Shown: positions 27,169 to 37,939, numbered from the stretch's first letter. The stretch is DNA of 64,000 nt from Chitinophagaceae bacterium (GCA_031360765.1 JANMBZ010000023.1:15016-79015); one strand, 5' to 3'. Notes: generated from the letters alone by a model not told the origin. A program made the numbers and translations.

Positions 27169-30100
27169 ATGAAAAAAATATTGCTGCAAGGCTTACTGTT
27201 TTTGTTTGTGTTAACCAATATTACCAAAGCACAAAACAATATACCCACCGGTGCAACCGGCCCTGCGTCTGCTGTTGCCCGGCCACTACCTTATAATGAT
27301 GAGCCATCAAAAAATTACCTGCGGGTACTTAGCCCGGTAGTACCCATACAGGATATGGATAAAGTAACCATAAGCAGTTCGGTTGACAGTGTGCTTGCCG
27401 CCACCCAGTATTTTGACGAACTGCACCGGCCATTACAAAAAGTAATTAAGCAGGCATCGCCCCTAAAAAAAGACAATGTAATGCTGAACTACTACGATGA
27501 ATTCAGCAGAAGCAGCACACAATATTTACCTTATGTGGCCCAAACTGCAAACTACGATGATGGAAAATTTAAAACAGCCGCTTTTGCTGCAGACTCTGCT
27601 TTTAATAAAAGCATGTACCCTAATGAGCAGATTTATTATGCACAGCAACAATACGATGGTTCGCCACTGAACCGGGTTATCAAAACAACCACAGTAGGCA
27701 ACAGCTTTACCGGGGCAGGTATTGGCATAAGCCAAAGCTGGCGGGCAAATACGGCAGCCGATAGCGTGGTACTGTGGACGGTTGATATAACCACCGAAGA
27801 TGATGTGCCGGTAAAATGGGGACTGTATGCCGCAGGCAGTTTAATGCTGCAGCAAACAACCGATGAACGGGGAATTAAAATTATTACCTATGTAGATGAA
27901 AACGGCAAAACCATACTTACAAAAAAACAAATTGCCAACAACCCATCCACCGGGCATTATGGCTGGCTTTGTACTTATTATGTGTACGATGAAATGAACA
28001 ACCTGCGCATGCTGATACCGCCCAAAGCAACCGAAACATTAAACACAAATGCTGTTAACTGGAACCTGGTTGCCAACAGCAGCATCAATACCAACCTTTG
28101 TTATTGCTATTATTACGATATTAGAGGCAGGGTGATTATGAAACGCATACCCGGCAAAGGAAAATATTATATAGCGTATGATTTGTTAGATAGGGTAGTA
28201 ATGACACAGGACCCTAATTTACGCAGTACCAGCCGATGGGCATTTGTGCTTTATGATGGGCAGAGCAGGCCTGTAAAATCGGGCATTATCACATCGTCAC
28301 TTACTAAAGATGTAATAATTGCACAGGCCGCTGCCAGTAATAATTACCCTGCACTAAGCGGCACTTACACCGTTACTACCGAAGCCTATTATGATGATTA
28401 TACCTGGATATCCGCCACTGGCGCACCAGTAAGCAGCACGCTTGACCAGAGCAATATAAACAGTACCAACTTTAATACAAACTACAACAGCACACCCGAC
28501 TACCCGCAACCCATTACCCAATGCAACCGCATACGGGGTTCCGTAACCGGAGTAAAAAAGCTAATACTCAACAGCAGCACGTACTTGTACAGCGTAAGTT
28601 TTTTTGATGATTTTGGCCGTACCCTGCAAACTGCAGCCACCAATTATACCGGCGGTACCGACGTGGCTACCGTGCAATACAGTTTTACCGGCAGGGTATT
28701 GCGCAGCCACAGCCAACACCAGAAAAGCGGAACCAATACACAAACACATAGCCTGCTTACAAAATACCAGTATGACCATGTGGGTCGCTTAAAAAACATA
28801 GTGAAAAATTTTGATAACCTGGGCGATAAAACCCTTGCCCAATATGCCTATAACGAACTGGGGCAGGTGCAAACCAAAACTATAAGCCCCACAGGCAGTG
28901 CAACAGGCGGACCGTTAGAAACACAAAATTTTGCTTACAGTATACAGGGTGCTTTGCTGAGTATTAATGGTGCTTTTGTAAGCAACGGCACCGGTAACAA
29001 TTATTTTGGCGAGGTACTCAGTTACGAATATGGCTTTACCAGCACACAGGTAAACGGCAATATGGCGGGTGTGCAGTGGAAAGCAGCAGGCGATAAAGTA
29101 GCCCGTGCCTACGGCTACAATTACGATAACACTAATCGTCTAACAGTTGCCGACTTTAGCCAGCAAAATCCCGGCAATACCAACTGGACAAAGGATAAAG
29201 CCGACTACACTGTAAACCGTTTAAGTTACGATGCCAACGGCAATATACTTAGCATGGCCCAGCGTGGCCTGCAGATAAACAGCAGTGCCACTATCGACAG
29301 CCTTACTTACCAGTACTTTACCAACAGTAACCAGTTGCAAAAAGTAAGTGATGGCATTACCGGCAACGGACCCATGGGCGATTTTAAAGACACTACCCTA
29401 ACCGGCGATGATTATACCTACGATGCAAACGGCAATATAAATAAAGATTATAACCGCCACCTGCACACAACCGGCAACGGCCCAGGTGCCATATTTAATG
29501 TGTTGGATAAACCCGAAATCATAACCATTGCCGGTAAAAGCACCACTTTGTATTATTACGATGCAGCCGGTGCATTGCTGCGCAAACAGGTAACAAGCAT
29601 AGCCACAAACACTGTAAGCAATTATGTATATGTGGGTGCATTTGTGTATAAAAACGATACCCTGCAAACCGTATTTACCGAGGAAGGGCAGATACGCAAA
29701 AAAATTACCGGCGGTATGGATTGGGCCTATGATTATTTTATTAAAGACCACCAAGGCAATATACGTACCGTACTTACCGAAGCTACCGAAAACTACTGGT
29801 ACCAGGCCACTATGGAACCCGGCGCACAGGCTCGGGAAGATGCCCTGTTCAGTAACGAATATACACCCACTAATACTGTATATGCAAAACCCAGTGGCTT
29901 TGATGCGTCTTTTAAAAACACCCAAGTAAGCCGCCTGAATGCCAGTAGTGGCACCAATTTAAAAACCGGCCCCGGCATTGTACTAAAAGTAATGGCCGGC
30001 GATAAGGTACAGATAAATACCTATGCCTTTTACAATAGCCCCACACAGGCACCACCACCCGGCATAAACTTGCTGGCCGATATTTTAGCCGCCTTTACCG

Positions 30101-31563
30101 GCGGTGTAATAAATAACAGCGGGGGCAAATACGGCCCCGGTAACAGCAGCACGGTAAGCAGCACCCTTGGCCCCAACCTAATCAATTTTTTAAATAATAA
30201 CCGCCCTTACGATAATGCAAAGCCAAAGGCTTTTTTAAACTGGATACTGGTAGATAACCAGTTTACTATGGTAAGCGGCAGCAGTGGCGCCATACAAATA
30301 GTATCCGGCAGCAGCAAACAAGCATTGGTGGCACCGTTACTAACCTTACCCAAAAGTGGCTACCTTTATGTATATGTAAGCAACGAAAGCCCGCAGGATG
30401 TTTATTTTGATGATATAACCGTAGCGCACGATGCAGGCCCGTTGGTGCAGGAGCAAAGTTACTACCCTTATGGCCTGCAAATGTTTGCTATAAGCGATAA
30501 AGCAGCCCTTAAAGCCAACACGCCCTATAAATACAATGGCGGTGTAGAGCTTGAAGAAGATGGTATTGATTACTATAATACTTTTTATAGAAAGTACGAT
30601 GCACAGATAGGGAGGTTTACGGGGGTAGATATCTTGGCAGAGGCATCAGCAAATATTAACCCATACCAGTTTGGCAACAATAATCCGGTAATGTTTAACG
30701 ATCCAATGGGTGATTTAGCGGCAAATGATTGGGCAGATTTTTTGAGCAGGTTAGGAGACGGTAGCAACTTAGATGGCTTTGGCCAATTTGGTGGCTTTTA
30801 CAGTAGTAATACTGGCGGCGGTTTCCATAAATTTAATTCAGATGCAGAGGCACTTGGACATTTGGGTCTGGATGGAGCTAATTTAACAAGAGTACAAGAT
30901 GCTTATTATAGAAATGGAGGTACAGATCCACAAGTAAGAGGAATACAGCCAGTGGTTTATATTAAAGCAACCCGTACCAACAGCGGTTTAAACTTTGGAC
31001 AACTACAATGGAATTGGAATGAGGGTACATTAGGTAGTGAGGGATGGATGCCTGTTTATTTTGGTAGTGCAGATGCCGCCGCTGTTTATTGGGCCAGACA
31101 TAGACCTAATACTGCTTATGAATATTCTTCAATAATTTATTCCATACGAGGTGTTAAAGGAAAAAAATATTATTCATATTCAGAACCAGTAAGGTTTCAA
31201 ATGAATTCAAAAGCAGAGATAAGTAGCCCAGGTTCAGGCGATAAATTACATGTATTGCCAGAAGGAGCAACTAAAGTAGGAATAATTCACCTGCATTTAA
31301 ATAATCAGGTAGATCCGCTTTTCAACCGGGGGAATGAAAATTTTAGCCCTAAAGGAGATATCCCAGCTATGAATGGAGATTATTTAGATTGGTATCTGGT
31401 CTCTCCAACTGATGTACTAAAAGTGTGGAGAGATGATGAAATGAATCCAAAAATTTTGGGTGCGACACAAGATGGGAAGTTTACGATAGCCCCAGTATTT
31501 TATCAGAATTATCGGGGTAAACGGCCGGAAGAGACATGGGAACATTATTTTACACCAAGGTAA
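27169..31563 (+). CDS. RHS polymorphic toxin: DUF6443-like N-terminus, RHS core, DUF4329/JAB-like C-terminal toxin
   Basis: QYFDELHRPLQ; KDHQGNIR; RKYDAQIGRF...NNPVMFNDPMG; tip SADAAA...EYSSIIY...IHLH...NFSPKGD. Confidence 0.85.
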   Translation: MKKILLQGLLFLFVLTNITKAQNNIPTGATGPASAVARPLPYNDEPSKNYLRVLSPVVPIQDMDKVTISSSVDSVLAATQYFDELHRPLQKVIKQASPLKKDNVMLNYYDEFSRSSTQYLPYVAQTANYDDGKFKTAAFAADSAFNKSMYPNEQIYYAQQQYDGSPLNRVIKTTTVGNSFTGAGIGISQSWRANTAADSVVLWTVDITTEDDVPVKWGLYAAGSLMLQQTTDERGIKIITYVDENGKTILTKKQIANNPSTGHYGWLCTYYVYDEMNNLRMLIPPKATETLNTNAVNWNLVANSSINTNLCYCYYYDIRGRVIMKRIPGKGKYYIAYDLLDRVVMTQDPNLRSTSRWAFVLYDGQSRPVKSGIITSSLTKDVIIAQAAASNNYPALSGTYTVTTEAYYDDYTWISATGAPVSSTLDQSNINSTNFNTNYNSTPDYPQPITQCNRIRGSVTGVKKLILNSSTYLYSVSFFDDFGRTLQTAATNYTGGTDVATVQYSFTGRVLRSHSQHQKSGTNTQTHSLLTKYQYDHVGRLKNIVKNFDNLGDKTLAQYAYNELGQVQTKTISPTGSATGGPLETQNFAYSIQGALLSINGAFVSNGTGNNYFGEVLSYEYGFTSTQVNGNMAGVQWKAAGDKVARAYGYNYDNTNRLTVADFSQQNPGNTNWTKDKADYTVNRLSYDANGNILSMAQRGLQINSSATIDSLTYQYFTNSNQLQKVSDGITGNGPMGDFKDTTLTGDDYTYDANGNINKDYNRHLHTTGNGPGAIFNVLDKPEIITIAGKSTTLYYYDAAGALLRKQVTSIATNTVSNYVYVGAFVYKNDTLQTVFTEEGQIRKKITGGMDWAYDYFIKDHQGNIRTVLTEATENYWYQATMEPGAQAREDALFSNEYTPTNTVYAKPSGFDASFKNTQVSRLNASSGTNLKTGPGIVLKVMAGDKVQINTYAFYNSPTQAPPPGINLLADILAAFTGGVINNSGGKYGPGNSSTVSSTLGPNLINFLNNNRPYDNAKPKAFLNWILVDNQFTMVSGSSGAIQIVSGSSKQALVAPLLTLPKSGYLYVYVSNESPQDVYFDDITVAHDAGPLVQEQSYYPYGLQMFAISDKAALKANTPYKYNGGVELEEDGIDYYNTFYRKYDAQIGRFTGVDILAEASANINPYQFGNNNPVMFNDPMGDLAANDWADFLSRLGDGSNLDGFGQFGGFYSSNTGGGFHKFNSDAEALGHLGLDGANLTRVQDAYYRNGGTDPQVRGIQPVVYIKATRTNSGLNFGQLQWNWNEGTLGSEGWMPVYFGSADAAAVYWARHRPNTAYEYSSIIYSIRGVKGKKYYSYSEPVRFQMNSKAEISSPGSGDKLHVLPEGATKVGIIHLHLNNQVDPLFNRGNENFSPKGDIPAMNGDYLDWYLVSPTDVLKVWRDDEMNPKILGATQDGKFTIAPVFYQNYRGKRPEETWEHYFTPR

Positions 31564-31584
31564 AAAAATAGTAAAACTAAAAAC

Positions 31585-32238
31585 ATGTTAACACGAAAAA
31601 TATTTTTAATCATTACTCTTATTTCTTTAAGTCATTTCTGTAGTTGTAATAATAATTCAAAAAAAGTGAACGGGAAAAATCCGGAAACTAAAGAGCAAAA
31701 ATTTAGAAGAGATATACCAAAATATAAAAATGGGGTATTACTAAATTTTTATTTTAAAGAAGATATTCATAAAGCTAATTTGCAAAATCTGGAAAATGGT
31801 TTTGATTCAATCTGCATCAGGTTGTGGTATATGTATGCTTATGGCCCATGGCAAGTTGTAGAAATAAAAAAAAATAACAAATAATGGATAGGTGAATTTT
31901 TTTTATTAACTCAAGCATTGAATAGAAGTGATTCATCATCGGGTATACAAAAAAGCAGCAGTTTTAAAACACCTGAATCTGGTTGGGATGAATTTATGGA
32001 TAAGATTTTCTCAAAAAATATTACAACTTTACCAACCGACTTTTCAATCAAAGGATATAAATTTAATACAGATGGCAATGTATTTGCGGTAGAAATTGCA
32101 ACCAAAGAATATTATCGTATTTATAACTATGGATCTTTAGATTCTAATCTCAATTTAAAAGAAGCCAAAAATATGGCTGATATTATTTTACTAATTGAAA
32201 AAGAGTTTGAAGTCGAAAGATTATATAAAGATTTTTAA
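31585..32238 (+). pseudogene. Putative immunity lipoprotein interrupted by an in-frame TAA at 31882-31884
   Basis: ORFs 31585-31884 and 31918-32238 share a frame and read KNNK*WIGEFFLLTQALNRS; lipoprotein-like signal; directly downstream of the toxin. Confidence 0.75.
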
Positions 32239-32587
32239 TGTATGCCATAGATAACGGTAATGTATCAACCGTGATAGTAATTTTTAATTTGTGAAAAATG
32301 AATATTTTTTTGCTTAAATAATAATTGTTCCAAATTGCACTGTAAAAAGGTCTCTCAAATAAATATTTCGACAAAGACATCTGCCAACCCAAAAGAACAA
32401 TTGCGATATCCTTGGCAATGCCCAGCAACGTACACGAACTTTCTATAATCCCATGTCCGGATATCTGGCAGGCAATTTTGGGGTTGTATATTTTTAAAAA
32501 GTGAATGCAACTTCTCTAAAAAAATATAGAAAAGGATAATAAAAAAAATCTATTTTGGAGAACTTTAATTTTACGGAGCTAAAGTTT

Positions 32588-32770
32588 TTAAAAACTGTAG
32601 GTGCAGCATTTTTGCTGTTTGTTTTTAATAATTCGGGTTGCTTTGATGTTTGCAATTTGTTGTAGCTGGCATGTGGGTGCAATACCGGCCAGCACTTCAA
32701 GTGGTGTAAGGCCATTCAATACATGATGTGGACGGTTATTAAAATCGGCAATGCCTTGTGGAAGTAACTT
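32588..32770 (-). pseudogene. C-terminal remnant of an rve/DDE transposase
   Basis: Hand translation KLLPQGIADFNNRPHHVLNGLTPLEVLAG...RIIKNKQQKCCTYSF*; RPH-x-x-L-x-x-x-TP is the integrase-core C-terminal motif. Confidence 0.65.
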
Positions 32771-33046
32771 GTGGCTTCTATCTTACCCAAGAGCCTTACT
32801 GCCTATGATTTTATTTTTCTTGAAAGCCTAAACAAGTTAGGGCTTAAACCGGAAGACTTGAATCGTTTGAAAGCCTTTAATCTAACCAAGTTCTTTGTGC
32901 TCATCTCCCAAGCTACCAAACAAGGAAACTTTCATGGTGAGAATAGTTTCCAGCATGATGTAGATGTGGTTATTGAAGTGCCTGAAAAGGGTACGGCGGT
33001 GCAGATGGGAAGATTTAATCAGGGTGGGGAGATGGAGATATTTTAG
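32771..33046 (+). pseudogene. C-terminal fragment of a paralog of the ATPase at 305-1789, inverted
   Basis: About 70/91 aa identical by hand alignment; lacks Walker A. Confidence 0.85.
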
Positions 33047-33111
33047 GAAATATTAGAAACCAGATGTGACTATTTCATCTGGAAAGAGCTAAAATTTGCT
33101 GGCTACTAAAA

Positions 33112-34440
33112 ATGAAGTTGCCAACATTTTTATTGTATCCTTACATTTTATTTGTTTATTCAGCAGATAATACCCGATATTTGCTATATTCTTTCAATTG
33201 TAAGAATACATTTTTTTTGTTTATGCCTGAAAATAACAACAAACACCAAGATATTAATTCGTTGCTAAACGACATTTTAAAGCCTGACAAACCAGGGTTG
33301 AAGGAACTTTTTGATAAAAAGATTTCTGAATTGAAAATCACTTCAACAAGCGTTTTAGAAATACTCAATATTCAGCACCGGACATTAAAAGGAATATTAG
33401 AAGGAACACAAAAAGTTGTTGATGTCACTAACCTGATTAAAATTGCAAATTTCCTTCAATTGCCAAAAGAAGAGGTCATTAAAATGTACATTGACTCTTT
33501 AGAAAAGAATTATACCGAGAATATTGTGCCACCAGAAAAGATAAAGTTCATTCAGGAAAACTTTGACTTGGCTGCATTAAAAAAAGCGGGGTTTATTGAT
33601 TCTCTAACAGACTTTGAAAAGATAGATTCAAAAATAACTTCCTTCCTTGGTCTCAAAACTATTTATGAATACAAGAGACCTAATATTAAGCCAGCTTTCA
33701 GTGCAGGTTTGGTAAAACCTAAAAACGAATTGACACGTTCCTTATGGATTCAATCTGCAATAACTTATTTTGAAGATATTGATAATCCGTACGAATACAA
33801 AAGAAAAGCGTTAATTGAATACTTTCCTAACATAAGATGGCATTCAACAAATGTTGAATTTGGTTTGCTCACAATTATAAAAGACTTATTCAAACTTGGG
33901 GTTACAATAATTTATCAATCTCCATTACCATCCTTGCATCTTCGGGGAGCGACATTTGCAGTTAACGATAAACCTTGTATCGTACTGACAAACTATGTTG
34001 GTTTCTATGGTACATTATGGTTTGCATTAATCCACGAACTTTTTCATGTTCTTTTCGATTGGGAAGAAATCCGAATCAATATGTACCATTTATCTGATGA
34101 AGAAGATAATGAGTTAGTAGTACAAGAAAAGGAAAATGAGGCTAATCAATTTGCCCGTGAGTATTTGTTTCCACAAGATAAAATGAATCAAATAAAACAC
34201 AATTTAAACAATCCATATTTTGTAAGTGAGTTTGCTAAAAACAACCATGTTCATCCAAGTATTATTTATGTTTTTAGTGCTTTTGATAGCAGCAAAACTA
34301 ACAGAATGCCGTGGGCAAGAGCAAGAAAAAATGAACCACTAGAAATGTCTAAGTGTATATCCCATTTAGAAAATCCTTGGAGCAATTCAATGCCAATTAA
34401 TGAAAGTGTAAAAAATAAAAAATTAGAAATTTATAATTAA
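33112..34440 (+). CDS. HTH + ImmA/IrrE metallopeptidase protein (HigA-like); probable start 33223
   Basis: N-terminal HTH; LWFALIHELFH (intact HExxH), ENEANQFA. Confidence 0.8.
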   Translation: MKLPTFLLYPYILFVYSADNTRYLLYSFNCKNTFFLFMPENNNKHQDINSLLNDILKPDKPGLKELFDKKISELKITSTSVLEILNIQHRTLKGILEGTQKVVDVTNLIKIANFLQLPKEEVIKMYIDSLEKNYTENIVPPEKIKFIQENFDLAALKKAGFIDSLTDFEKIDSKITSFLGLKTIYEYKRPNIKPAFSAGLVKPKNELTRSLWIQSAITYFEDIDNPYEYKRKALIEYFPNIRWHSTNVEFGLLTIIKDLFKLGVTIIYQSPLPSLHLRGATFAVNDKPCIVLTNYVGFYGTLWFALIHELFHVLFDWEEIRINMYHLSDEEDNELVVQEKENEANQFAREYLFPQDKMNQIKHNLNNPYFVSEFAKNNHVHPSIIYVFSAFDSSKTNRMPWARARKNEPLEMSKCISHLENPWSNSMPINESVKNKKLEIYN

Positions 34441-34445
34441 TAACA

Positions 34446-35060
34446 ATGAAAGATAAAAAAAATCAAAAACAACTTTCAATAAAGTTAGCAGAGAAACGGT
34501 ATGTTGCCGAACAAGGAAAACAGCAGTTAATTGAATTGCTTTTACAAGGCCCTGAAAGCAGGGTTCAGCAAAAGTATTCTGACAGAAACCTTGACAGAGA
34601 AAATGAAATAATTGAACTACTTGGTGGTCGGCATGTTACTATACGACAAATTAAAGACATCATTGCAAAGTGTGAACAGGAATATGTTCCAACATTCCCA
34701 CCTGTCTTTTATTCACAAATAGACAGATTAAATAATTGGCATCGTCCAAAAGAAAAGCAACATGAAAAACCTCCAATTGTTGGCAGGTGGACAAAACAAA
34801 TAATCTACGGTCGATTTCCAAAAGAAGTTTTACCAGTTATTGAACAGCTTAATCCATACATTGGTTTTGGTATCAGGCTTTATAAACACTTTCAGTGGTT
34901 GACACCCGAAGGGAAAAATCAGTTACATGAATTTATTGACGAAGCAATTGAGGTAATGAAATCTTCAAATTCATGGTATGAGTTTAGAGTAAAATATGCA
35001 AAACAATATGGTGTTGCTTTTCAACTTAGTGTATTTGAGGACAACGAAAATATTAAGTAA
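34446..35060 (+). CDS. P63C-domain protein
   Basis: TFPPVFYSQIDRLNNW...PPIVGRWTKQIIYGRF...LNP...KHFQWLT.EG. Confidence 0.7.
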   Translation: MKDKKNQKQLSIKLAEKRYVAEQGKQQLIELLLQGPESRVQQKYSDRNLDRENEIIELLGGRHVTIRQIKDIIAKCEQEYVPTFPPVFYSQIDRLNNWHRPKEKQHEKPPIVGRWTKQIIYGRFPKEVLPVIEQLNPYIGFGIRLYKHFQWLTPEGKNQLHEFIDEAIEVMKSSNSWYEFRVKYAKQYGVAFQLSVFEDNENIK

Positions 35061-35228
35061 TCAATCAATTTCACAGAATTATTGGCTCAATACAAATAGG
35101 CTCAGGAAAGTTTGACACAACAATAATCTTTTGTAAAGGAGAATTGCCGAACAAACTTTTAAGTCTTCTATATAAAGCGTAAATCTTGTAATTGGGCATG
35201 GTTTACGCTTTTTTCTATTTACATATTA

Positions 35229-36581
35229 ATGAACACAATTTTTATGAATAATCAGTATCGCTCAAATTTTATTTTTTCATTGGCGAATAAGTATCAAATA
35301 TCTATTGAGAACTTGAATCCAGCCGAATTTTCAAACGAAAGTTACTTGGGTTTTTGTAAAGATTATATTGAACAATCAAAAACAAGAGATGCAAATTTGA
35401 AAGTTCATCTTATTGATAAGCCTAACCTTTTCAGAACTTTCCTTCCTTGGCGTGAGTACATATTTGAAAGTGTTTTTCAACTTCAGTGGTACTATGATGA
35501 AATGGTTGTTTTTGACCCGATCTTTTTTGAAATAACTCATTTTAAAACTGATAACATTGAAGTTGATAAAAATAGATTACGACAATTATTATTCTTTTTA
35601 AATTCTCTTAAAGAAAGTATCGAAGAAGGGTTTCTCTTGTTTGGCAGTTATGATAGTTTTGGAAATTCAAATAAAGCACTTGAAGAAAATAAATTTGAAA
35701 GCCTAATTTCTATACCTCAAATCAGGGAAGAATGTGATAAACTCGTTAAGGTTTATAAAATGGAAAGTGCAGAAGGAACAAAAAATTCTTATTTTAATGT
35801 TAGAGGGTATTATAGAAATAAACAAGTAATGTTTACTGTAGTAAAAGATTTTGAAAAGATAAAAACTGAAGAAGGATATGGCGTTTGGTTTGATTTAGTT
35901 GGTTCAGATTATATCTCTTTATCAATAGAGGATGCGATAAAAGAAGGTTTTTATGAAAGGGCTTACGATGAGTTTAAAGATGAGTATGCTTTTGAGATTA
36001 GAGAGGTGCTTAATTATATTGATATAGGGTCAAAGATTAATACTCCTGTATTATTTAATCGAAAATTAGATGAATATGTGTTAGCTAATATCTCACCCAA
36101 TGGAAAAGCAATTAATGCTAAAGCAAACGACTATTTTAAATTGATACTCCCATTTGTAAATGGTATTCCGCCAGAAAGACTTTTCGATATTAGGACAAAG
36201 ATGCCAAATGCTTTTATAGATTTTAGAAATTTAATGTTTGAAGCTATTTATGATTATGAAAAAAGTGGTGTTGACGTAGAAGTTTTAGAATTAAAGATTC
36301 AGCAAAAGATAAATCCACTGTTGAGAAAACTTGATGCTGAAATGAAAAACTCTTTAACCAAAGCGAAAATAATTGGTGTAGGTCTTCCACTTGTTTCAGG
36401 GATAGGTACTTTAGGTTTTTGGCATTTCGGTATAGATATATCCAAACTAACAACGTTGATACTTGGAAGCGTAAATGTTGCGGCGGAGTTTACTGCTTTT
36501 ACTAACTATTTAACTGAACAACGCACTGGGAAATCTAACTCACTTTATTATCTATGGAAAGCACAACAACCTAATCAATAA
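35229..36581 (+). CDS. Hypothetical protein with C-terminal hydrophobic hairpin, candidate defence gene
   Basis: 450 aa AT-rich ORF, 50 nt upstream of Sir2, same strand. Confidence 0.65.
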   Translation: MNTIFMNNQYRSNFIFSLANKYQISIENLNPAEFSNESYLGFCKDYIEQSKTRDANLKVHLIDKPNLFRTFLPWREYIFESVFQLQWYYDEMVVFDPIFFEITHFKTDNIEVDKNRLRQLLFFLNSLKESIEEGFLLFGSYDSFGNSNKALEENKFESLISIPQIREECDKLVKVYKMESAEGTKNSYFNVRGYYRNKQVMFTVVKDFEKIKTEEGYGVWFDLVGSDYISLSIEDAIKEGFYERAYDEFKDEYAFEIREVLNYIDIGSKINTPVLFNRKLDEYVLANISPNGKAINAKANDYFKLILPFVNGIPPERLFDIRTKMPNAFIDFRNLMFEAIYDYEKSGVDVEVLELKIQQKINPLLRKLDAEMKNSLTKAKIIGVGLPLVSGIGTLGFWHFGIDISKLTTLILGSVNVAAEFTAFTNYLTEQRTGKSNSLYYLWKAQQPNQ

Positions 36582-36631
36582 AAACGAGCATAGCTTAGTT
36601 AGTTTATCTTTATACCCAAAAATAATCATAG

Positions 36632-37939
36632 ATGAGTTTTCATGACCCAATAAGACAATCGAAATATCTCAGACAAACTTTATCACAAGATAAAAAGCCA
36701 GTAGGCTTTTTTATTTCTGCTGGTTGTCCTTTAGCAGTAAAAATGCCAGACGGAGAGTGGCCGCTCATACCAGACGTTGCAGGATTAACAAAATATGTTT
36801 CGGAGGAAATAATTAAAGAAATAGAAGTGAAAGAAGGTGATAATAGAAGTATGGGGGTGTGCTATGGACTATTAATAGAAGAAATTAAAAAGACAGGAAA
36901 ACCTATTCCAAACATAGAAGATATATTAAGTTTTGTGAGAGGGATGAAACAAATTTCAGTAGGTTCCAAGGATATTAGAGGCTTTGATGAACTTGAACTT
37001 ATTAACCTTGAAATAATTATTTGTAAAAAAATAGCAGAGAAATTAAAGGTATCATTGCCAGATAATAAAACACCTTACCATAAACTTGCCAAATGGATTC
37101 ATAATATTGAAAGAGAGACTTCAATAGAGATATTTACTACTAATTATGACTTACTGTTGGAAGAAGCATTTGAGTATATCGCAGTGCCATATTTTGATGG
37201 ATTTGTTGGTTCAAGGCAGCCTTTTTTTGATTTGAGAGCAGTTGAAGATTCTTTGATACCAAAACATTGGTCAAGACTTTGGAAAATCCACGGCTCGATT
37301 AATTGGTATTTGAAAAATGATAAGGATGTCTATCGTTCTACGAGTTTAGAAGAATGTGATTCATATATTATTCATCCTTCTCACTTAAAATATGACCAAA
37401 GTAGGAAAATGCCATATCTAGCTTTAATTGACCGTTTAAATAAGTTTCTGCGTCAAAATTCTGCTGTTTTAATTATGTCTGGTTATTCTTTTAGTGATGA
37501 GCATTTGAATGATACAATTCTCAATGCCTTAAAGGCAAATCCAACTGCGATGGTGATCGGTTTATTATTTGGAACATTAACTTATAAAGAAGAAATTGAA
37601 GTAGATGGTGTAAAATCAGAAAAGACTATTATCAAGTATGAACAAGCTTTGAAACTCTCTGAAAATAGGTCTAATCTTAGTATTTGGACATACGATGAAG
37701 CTATTATTGGTGGATTGAGGGCTAAATGGATGCCGTCCAAAAAAGATTACGATGCAGACGAAAACATTGCAAATGCAGTTAAATGTATAGTAGAAAAAAT
37801 AAAAGATGCATATGGTATTGAGACTGAAAACACAACTACGAGATATGAATTTCATTTAGGAGATTTTTCTTTACTGGGGGATTTTTTACAGGAACTTATT
37901 GGCAAAGAGCAATTCAAAATAGAAGAAAGTGGAAAGTAA
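36632..37939 (+). CDS. SIR2-family NADase of a Sir2-HerA anti-phage system
   Basis: FFISAGC, FTTNYD, LWKIHGS, GYSFSDEH; overlaps HerA start. Confidence 0.9.
   Translation: MSFHDPIRQSKYLRQTLSQDKKPVGFFISAGCPLAVKMPDGEWPLIPDVAGLTKYVSEEIIKEIEVKEGDNRSMGVCYGLLIEEIKKTGKPIPNIEDILSFVRGMKQISVGSKDIRGFDELELINLEIIICKKIAEKLKVSLPDNKTPYHKLAKWIHNIERETSIEIFTTNYDLLLEEAFEYIAVPYFDGFVGSRQPFFDLRAVEDSLIPKHWSRLWKIHGSINWYLKNDKDVYRSTSLEECDSYIIHPSHLKYDQSRKMPYLALIDRLNKFLRQNSAVLIMSGYSFSDEHLNDTILNALKANPTAMVIGLLFGTLTYKEEIEVDGVKSEKTIIKYEQALKLSENRSNLSIWTYDEAIIGGLRAKWMPSKKDYDADENIANAVKCIVEKIKDAYGIETENTTTRYEFHLGDFSLLGDFLQELIGKEQFKIEESGK

Noticed and set aside
32183-32715. ORFs 32183-32428 and 32494-32715
   Set aside because: No recognisable motifs; the second overlaps the transposase remnant in a different frame
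32771-33046. DGR template repeat or terminal inverted repeat paired with 305-580
   Set aside because: Many synonymous and conservative differences rather than adenine-specific ones, no reverse transcriptase in the window, and too diverged for a functional TIR
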